Positions 25,720 through 30,561 of a stretch of 30,561 nucleotides of DNA are shown in pieces; position 1 is the stretch's first letter; each line of letters opens with the position of its first letter. The notes beneath the pieces are model-generated. The model was not told the DNA's origin. It did no database searches and saw only the letters and a program-made list of their open reading frames with translations. A program made the translations under genes and the position numbers. The DNA lies in the IMG/VR virus record IMGVR_UViG_3300032216_000439, positions 1 through 30,561 of that record; one strand, given 5' to 3'. The DNA comes from a virus. Lineage: Duplodnaviria > Caudoviricetes.

Positions 25720-27022
25720 AGATGGTATAAGTATACAGTGCGTAGCGCAAAGCATCTGCAATGTGAGAGTTAATGTCGTGTTCGGGTTTTTCACGTATTA
25801 ACTGAGCGTTTTTACTCCACTGATACTGGTCTAACATTTTCAAAGTATGTGTGCAGTGTGGAGCTACCAACAAACGTCCTTGATCCACAATTGTTTGAAC
25901 ATACGCAATTCCTTCTAGTACTTGCTTTTTGGCTTTTATACTGGCGATGTTGTAAGTATAAGCCAAGTCGCCTGCAAACTGAGCAGCTGCTGAGTCGATG
26001 AAGATTGATTCAATGCCGTAACGCAATACAAGTTCTCCAATTGCTTGAGCATGGCCTGAAGTTGTGGCTTCAGACTGTTGATACTCGTCCACAACATGAA
26101 ATTTGTCCAGTTTAGGGTCGTACGCGACGACCACAAAAGCTGTAGGATCACGGTAACCTGGATCCAGTCCTGCGATATACTCCATGCCATCACTGTGTGC
26201 GAATTCCTGTATACACGTCTGGGCGTCAAAGCTCGCAAAAATCTGACCTTCAAATGTGTTGAAGCTGGCCAAATACTCTTGATCGAATTCTGCTTTTGAC
26301 ATTGAGCGACGAGCTTCGGCAACGTCTTTTTCAGTCATGCGTTCGTTTTCGGTATAGTCTGCTTGCAAGCTAATCCACTCAGGATAATCGTCTGAAAACC
26401 CACGACTATAAAATGTAGAAAACCAATTGTGTTTGCCACGTGGTGTTGAAATGAAAATGGCTTTTGCATTGCTGCGGTCTAGTGTAGGACGCAGCGATAC
26501 GTTGAACGCTGCTTCACCGTCGGATCCCAGAGCTGCTTCATCGAATATGATTAAGTTGTAGGATCGGCCCACTGTGGAATCAACTGTGGACAACGATCCC
26601 ATTCTGATTGTAGAGCCATTGGCAAGTTCTATTACTTTGTCTTTTAGATTGTCTTTCTCCACTTCTAGGTCGAAGTGTTTGATTAGTTTGCGTTGCAGCT
26701 CAAAACTAATAGACGATAAATTATAGTTCGGCGACATAATCAGCACATTGGATCCTGGTATTAACACTACCAGCTGACCAATGATGTTGGCAATGAATGT
26801 TTTGCCTAGACGTCGTGATAAAGCAGCACAAATGAACCTGTACCTGGGATCATTGACTGCGTTGATTAAAGCAATCTGAGGACGGTTCAGTTCATCATAG
26901 ACGTTTTTGTTTTCAAATGTGAGCAGTTTCAAGTAGTTTGCAATAGGCAGCTTGATAAACCGTTCGGCTGCATCGTACTCGGTTAAATTGATTTTATCCA
27001 CATCTCTAGACACCAGCAGCAT
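25718..27022 (-). CDS. terL: Terminase large subunit
   Basis: Walker A SRRLGKT, Walker B IIFDEAA, ISTPRG coupling motif, GLDPG and SHIADALRYA nuclease motifs. Confidence 0.95.
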   Translation of the reverse strand: MLLVSRDVDKINLTEYDAAERFIKLPIANYLKLLTFENKNVYDELNRPQIALINAVNDPRYRFICAALSRRLGKTFIANIIGQLVVLIPGSNVLIMSPNYNLSSISFELQRKLIKHFDLEVEKDNLKDKVIELANGSTIRMGSLSTVDSTVGRSYNLIIFDEAALGSDGEAAFNVSLRPTLDRSNAKAIFISTPRGKHNWFSTFYSRGFSDDYPEWISLQADYTENERMTEKDVAEARRSMSKAEFDQEYLASFNTFEGQIFASFDAQTCIQEFAHSDGMEYIAGLDPGYRDPTAFVVVAYDPKLDKFHVVDEYQQSEATTSGHAQAIGELVLRYGIESIFIDSAAAQFAGDLAYTYNIASIKAKKQVLEGIAYVQTIVDQGRLLVAPHCTHTLKMLDQYQWSKNAQLIREKPEHDINSHIADALRYALYTYTI

Positions 27023-28247
27023 TTAAACCTCGTACTAGTGTTTGCATGTTTGACTTCCAGGATTCTAGCAGCCGCAGCTCTAAACGTGTGCGTACTTCTC
27101 CGAACACTTGTGCCCACGAACCAGGATTGCGAATTACTTTAACTGAGTCGTACCAGATATTCTTTTCGCCCATGGAATTGTTCCCCCATCTAAAATCAGT
27201 TTCTTTTAAAGGCTGCAACATCCAAGTTTCTTTTCCCAGCGAGCCAGCTAAATGCACCAAAGAAGTATCTACACTGATGATTAAGTCCAATCCATTTACT
27301 ATTTCAGCAGACTCTGACCACGAACCAGAGTTCAACGCAGTTACTCCGCGCACTGAGGGAGCTCCAGGACGTATGCTGTATAAATCTCCGAATTCAAGCA
27401 AGTCTGAAAAATATACAGGCAAAGTACTTCTGTAACGATTATTAGCGTGAGTGGATGAACCTGCCCACTCAATGCCGATTTTCAGCTTGGAACCGGCAAA
27501 TTTACGAGCAGGAAATTTTCCACGCAACCAATCATCCCGGGCGTAGTCAAATACGCCAGCTAAACTACAAATAGGAATGCTGCAGGTAGCCCCACTATCC
27601 TGCACGTCTTGACAAACTCGGAACTCTGAAAATACCGTTTCTAATTCCACTGGGCACTGAACCCAAACTTCCGAAAAATACTTTTCCAGCCCACGTATGT
27701 ATCTGCCAAACATAAACTTGTCGCCTAAACCCTGTTCTGCTAACACTACAATGGATTTGCCCGAGGTCACGCCGTCCCAGCGCGGAATGCTTTGATCTAT
27801 GCGTGTGGCGTTGCTGCGTTTGAAGCGGTACTCGTACATTTTCCAAGCGGAGGCAACATCCACGGTTTCTAAGGAACAGTGCTTGCGCAGCAAGGCGTTT
27901 GAGTAGTTCCAAATAGAATCAAAGTGTAGTGGATTTTTTTCCAGTGCTGCAGTGTAGTACGCAATGGCAGCGTCGTCGTTGCCGGACATGTACTGCAGCA
28001 AACCTAAATTGCCTAAAGCATTGTCGTATTCACCGAAAGTGTTGTCTGTGAAAGGAGTGTCTGAGGCGTTGGCTTTGATGTAACACTTTAAGGCTTCTGA
28101 GTCTTGACCCAGCAATCTGTAGCAGTTACCCATGTTTAAGTAACATTCTTTGAAACCATATTCTCGTAATTGACGTTTGTAGAACTGCAGTGCTTTTTCA
28201 GGATTTTGGTTTTCTAAGTACTTGGTTGCACGGTTATAGTTTTGCAT
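27006..28247 (-). CDS. TPR-repeat + GT-B (GT9-like) glycosyltransferase
   Basis: N-terminal TPRs (YLNMGNCY, ALGNLGLL). EQGLGD..MFGRY, IGIEWAGS, LDLIISVDTSLVHLAGSLGK and DFRW...WYDSV motifs. Confidence 0.85.
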   Translation of the reverse strand: MQNYNRATKYLENQNPEKALQFYKRQLREYGFKECYLNMGNCYRLLGQDSEALKCYIKANASDTPFTDNTFGEYDNALGNLGLLQYMSGNDDAAIAYYTAALEKNPLHFDSIWNYSNALLRKHCSLETVDVASAWKMYEYRFKRSNATRIDQSIPRWDGVTSGKSIVVLAEQGLGDKFMFGRYIRGLEKYFSEVWVQCPVELETVFSEFRVCQDVQDSGATCSIPICSLAGVFDYARDDWLRGKFPARKFAGSKLKIGIEWAGSSTHANNRYRSTLPVYFSDLLEFGDLYSIRPGAPSVRGVTALNSGSWSESAEIVNGLDLIISVDTSLVHLAGSLGKETWMLQPLKETDFRWGNNSMGEKNIWYDSVKVIRNPGSWAQVFGEVRTRLELRLLESWKSNMQTLVRGLNAAGV

Positions 28248-28258
28248 TATAGTTTTGG

Positions 28259-28735
28259 TTAGATTTTATTCGAAATTAGGCGCTCGATGAGATTTCCATA
28301 ATTGGAACCGCCTCCCTCGTTAATTTGCACATTAACTTGTGACTTGATAGAGTTTGAACGTAGCTTTTCAAGCTGCAGTTCTTTATCTAAGGTTTCCATT
28401 GTCATTTTGTGAGAAAGTGCTAAAATCTCAATGATATCTTTGTTTGATCCAACACCGGCTTCGTCCATTTCTTGGAACTTTTTCGAGATAATGGCATCCA
28501 TGGCTTTGCGGAGTGTAAAGCGATTGTTGAAGCCCATGTCGAAAAACACTTGGTCTACATAAGCCTTGACCTCTCGTCTGCCCAAAATTTGTGAAACTGT
28601 TTCCAGCGGAATGTCCAGCTGATCTGCGACTTTTTGGGCATTCTGGATCGTGAGATACGCGTTTGCTACTTCTAATGCTTCTGGTGAGATTTGCAGCACT
28701 TCGGCTGGATGATGGGTGGCGAGTTGTCTGGTCAT
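28259..28735 (-). CDS. terS: Terminase small subunit (T5-like)
   Basis: ISPEALEVANAYL HTH, EVKAYVDQVFFDMGFNNR, SNKDIIEIL; first gene of the late operon. Confidence 0.8.
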   Translation of the reverse strand: MTRQLATHHPAEVLQISPEALEVANAYLTIQNAQKVADQLDIPLETVSQILGRREVKAYVDQVFFDMGFNNRFTLRKAMDAIISKKFQEMDEAGVGSNKDIIEILALSHKMTMETLDKELQLEKLRSNSIKSQVNVQINEGGGSNYGNLIERLISNKI

Positions 28736-28766
28736 AGGTAAACCTTATTATTCTTATGTTATGACT

Positions 28767-28795
28767 ATTATAGCAGTTTGGCGTGTGCGGTACAA
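28767..28795 (-). promoter_or_regulatory. Promoter for terS-GT-terL: TTGTAC-17-TATAAT, extended -10
   Basis: Minus strand reads TTGTAC CGCACACGCCAAACTGC TATAAT, with AAAAATTT upstream. Confidence 0.75.
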
Positions 28796-28938
28796 GTGTA
28801 AATTTTTGGTTGGTTTGAATTGTGGCACCGAAAGTTTTGTGTGAGAATTTAAAAATAGGCCGTGTGGGTGGGCCCCTATTATATAGGGTAAACCCTGGTC
28901 TGATAACCCCCCATATAAGGGGGTCAACATACTAGTCA

Positions 28939-28972
28939 ATTAATCAATAAGGGTTTCCCCTTATTGATTAAT
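28939..28972 (-). terminator. Perfect 15-bp inverted repeat with GAAA loop ending the pre-early cassette array
   Basis: ATTAATCAATAAGGG-GAAA-CCCTTATTGATTAAT overlaps the stop at 28968. The U-tract is weak, so it may have another role. Confidence 0.6.
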
Positions 28973-29240
28973 ATTCGCATTCGTTGATATAATCGAATGC
29001 TTCATCTGTCATGCTTTCGACGATATCGTCGAAATCTTCGCTGCCGGTCAAGCGCATGAACAGTTGTTCGGCAAAACCCTGGGGCAAATCAAGGCTAGCC
29101 TTGATCGACAGCAACGATTCGAAGCGGTTGATCGTGTCCAGTGCTTCCGCACTCGAGAATTCGTGGCCCTCGTCGAATTCTTGTGCAACGATGTCGCTGC
29201 AGTTTTCGGCCCATTCTTGGATCATGTCGATGGTGCTCAT
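28968..29240 (-). CDS. Highly acidic small protein, DNA-mimic candidate
   Basis: 90 aa with 23 Asp/Glu vs 3 Lys/Arg by my count. Has its own promoter at 29275-29302. Confidence 0.7.
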   Translation of the reverse strand: MSTIDMIQEWAENCSDIVAQEFDEGHEFSSAEALDTINRFESLLSIKASLDLPQGFAEQLFMRLTGSEDFDDIVESMTDEAFDYINECEY

Positions 29241-29258
29241 TTTTTGCTTTCTGTGGTT

Positions 29259-29328
29259 GGTTGGTATGGTGTTTATTATAGGGGCTTGAGCGTTTTTGTC
29301 AAGCCCCTACAGGCTGCAGGGTTATTCG
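29259..29328 (-). repeat. Stem-loop/promoter module copy 1 (TTGACA-16-TATAAT)
   Basis: CGAATAACCCTGCAGCCTGTAGGGGCTTGACAAAAACGCTCAAGCCCCTATAAT...; 64/70 identical to copy 2. Confidence 0.9.
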
Positions 29329-29510
29329 GCTTTGACGCCGAAAATGGCGTCGATCAAGACATTCCGGCCCTTGGAGCCGGGAAAACGCTTTGCATAAGCC
29401 GCACGTTGTGCGGCTTCGCGTGCTGCTTTTTCGGCCTGGAAAGCTGCAAACGCAGCATCGCCTCGGGCCTTTTCGGCAGCCTGAGCGGGTGTTAGGGTTT
29501 TGCGTGACAT
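29322..29510 (-). CDS. Small basic Ala-rich hypothetical protein (62 aa)
   Basis: AAAAGG RBS, own promoter, stop codon inside repeat copy 1. Confidence 0.7.
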   Translation of the reverse strand: MSRKTLTPAQAAEKARGDAAFAAFQAEKAAREAAQRAAYAKRFPGSKGRNVLIDAIFGVKAE

Positions 29511-29529
29511 TCTGAGCCTTTTGGATCTC

Positions 29530-29599
29530 GGTTGGTATGGGATTTATTATAGAGGCTTGAGCATTTTTGTCAAGCCCCTACAGGCTGTGGGGTTATTCG
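29530..29599 (-). repeat. Stem-loop/promoter module copy 2 (TTGACA-16-TATAAT)
   Basis: CGAATAACCCCACAGCCTGTAGGGGCTTGACAAAAATGCTCAAGCCTCTATAAT; 271 bp from copy 1. Confidence 0.9.
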
Positions 29600-29811
29600 C
29601 GTGACGAAGCCCACTCCCATGCACGCGTGAAGACGAACACGGCATCGTCTAGTGCATCCGAAGCGCGCAGAAAGTCTTGCACGGCTGCCGCATTCCGAAC
29701 CTGCCCCATGCTGTCATAGGCTGCAGCCTCAGCTGCAGCCTTTGCTGCGCGGGCTGTAATCACGTTAGCACGGGCTGTGCTGACGACATTCAAACGATAG
29801 GCTGCTGACAT
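29593..29811 (-). CDS. Small Ala-rich helical hypothetical protein (72 aa)
   Basis: Start moved to ATG 29811 (GAAAGG RBS, downstream of promoter copy 3). Stop codon inside repeat copy 2. Confidence 0.7.
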   Translation of the reverse strand: MSAAYRLNVVSTARANVITARAAKAAAEAAAYDSMGQVRNAAAVQDFLRASDALDDAVFVFTRAWEWASSRE

Positions 29812-29863
29812 GGTAGACCTTTCGAGTCCGTTGGGGTTTGCGTTTTGCTGCCCCGATGAATGT

Positions 29864-29920
29864 ATTATAAGCGATTTTGTAGGGGCTGTGCAAGCCCCTA
29901 CAGGCTGCAGGGTTATTCGG
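29864..29920 (-). repeat. Stem-loop/promoter module copy 3 (TTGCAC-18-TATAAT)
   Basis: CCGAATAACCCTGCAGCCTGTAGGGGCTTG is identical to copy 1, then continues CACAGCCCCTACAAAATCGCTTATAAT. Confidence 0.85.
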
Positions 29921-30221
29921 CCAAGCGGCAGATCACCCAATCGAACGATGCCCCTTCTGGCAGTGTGGTCGTGCCTTCTGGCAGCCGTGGGCCCTTATAT
30001 TGTGCTATATACAGCCAATCGCCGAATTGTGCGAGCTTGATGCTAACACGATTGCAAGGCACGCCCAGCAGGGCGGCCGTATCGGCGTGGCCCACGGCCG
30101 AGACGAATCGGCCATTGGCGATGGTACGCTCAGGCCTAGCGCACGACTCGAAGCGAACGCGCGGCAGATCAGCGGCTTCGACCATGTTGAGGCTGAAGGC
30201 GTTGGCGATGAATGTTGTCAT
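29913..30221 (-). CDS. acrIII-1: DUF1874 / STIV B116-family protein, AcrIII-1-like ring nuclease
   Basis: Start ATG 30221 (CAGGA RBS), 102 aa. NAFSLNM, SAVGHADTA, NRVSIKL, GD and RLPEG motifs match the family, including the catalytic GH histidine. Confidence 0.75.
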   Translation of the reverse strand: MTTFIANAFSLNMVEAADLPRVRFESCARPERTIANGRFVSAVGHADTAALLGVPCNRVSIKLAQFGDWLYIAQYKGPRLPEGTTTLPEGASFDWVICRLAE

Positions 30222-30257
30222 GGTGTTTTCCTGTCGGGTTGCTGTTTGAATGAATAC

Positions 30258-30287
30258 ATTATAAAGGTTTTCGCACCTGGTGTGCAA
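30258..30287 (-). promoter_or_regulatory. Promoter TTGCAC-18-TATAAT for the DUF1874 gene
   Basis: Minus strand reads TTGCAC ACCAGGTGCGAAAACCTT TATAAT GTATTCAT; same geometry and downstream ATTCAT as copy 3. Confidence 0.7.
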
Positions 30288-30466
30288 GACCTATTTTCTG
30301 TAAGGGCAATAGGCCAGGCCTATCACCACCAGGCCACCCATAGCCCAGGCCTATGGGGGCGCCAATTTTACCATACCCGCGCATGCGCTGTCAATAGGGA
30401 TAAACCCTTGGACGCTCACCTGGCCCGATAATGGTATAAACGATTTATACGGTACCTGGTCAAAGA

Positions 30467-30515
30467 CCCTACAGCAATTAGGGGCTTGACAAGCTGCGGT
30501 TTTCGATGGCATAAT
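30467..30515 (+). promoter_or_regulatory. Divergent promoter TTGACA-18-CATAAT preceded by the same CCCTACAG...TAGGGGC motif
   Basis: ACCCTACAGCAATTAGGGGCTTGACA AGCTGCGGTTTTCGATGG CATAAT GCATTCAT. Confidence 0.75.
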
Positions 30516-30544
30516 GCATTCATTGATTCAAAACAAGGGTTTAT

Positions 30545-30561
30545 ATGAGCAAGCTCAAAGA
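30545..30561 (+). CDS. Start of a rightward gene (MSKLK..., truncated)
   Basis: ATG after AAGGGT and the promoter above; only 5 codons visible. Confidence 0.4.

Noticed and set aside
279-27435. Numerous plus-strand ORFs in the track (e.g. 14294..15016, 18531..19001)
   Set aside because: Antisense shadows of well-supported minus-strand genes, with no RBS, promoter or recognisable motifs.
28754-28939. 61-aa minus-strand ORF
   Set aside because: TTG start; it runs through the terS promoter and hairpin cluster, so the region is more plausibly regulatory.
29259-29920. Repeats as a CRISPR array or integron attC sites
   Set aside because: The intervening segments are 200-300 bp genes rather than spacers. 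No RYYYAAC/GTTRRRY pair, cas gene or integrase is present in the window.
2605-30287. Longest-ORF starts at 2680, 16521, 23925, 25646, 29940 and 30287
   Set aside because: They lie inside promoters, an RBS or the upstream gene, or lack an RBS. Downstream ATGs fit the promoter and RBS positions better.
29011-30431. Plus-strand ORFs over the cassette array
   Set aside because: They cross the repeats and promoters. GC-richer DNA gives long spurious frames, and the minus-strand genes have RBSs and promoters.

Overview
Late (morphogenesis) region of a T5-like siphophage, with almost all genes on the minus strand. Read right to left: terS, an inserted TPR-glycosyltransferase, terL, HNH nicking endonuclease, portal, an in-frame protease-major capsid fusion, head completion, tail completion, tail terminator, tail tube, tail chaperones joined by a -1 frameshift, tape measure, a lambda-like tail tip (gpM, gpL, fused gpK-I-J), a fibre chaperone and fibre genes. 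Beyond about 28.87 kb the DNA becomes visibly GC-richer and looks like the start of a T5-type terminal repeat / pre-early region. It holds four single-gene cassettes, each with its own sigma70-type promoter; three of these promoters sit in a repeated stem-loop/promoter module. One cassette encodes a DUF1874/AcrIII-1-like ring nuclease and another a very acidic DNA-mimic candidate. The strongest leads are this modular anti-defence cassette array and a possible virion-glycosylation system. All family calls come from motif recognition and synteny; no database searches were run.
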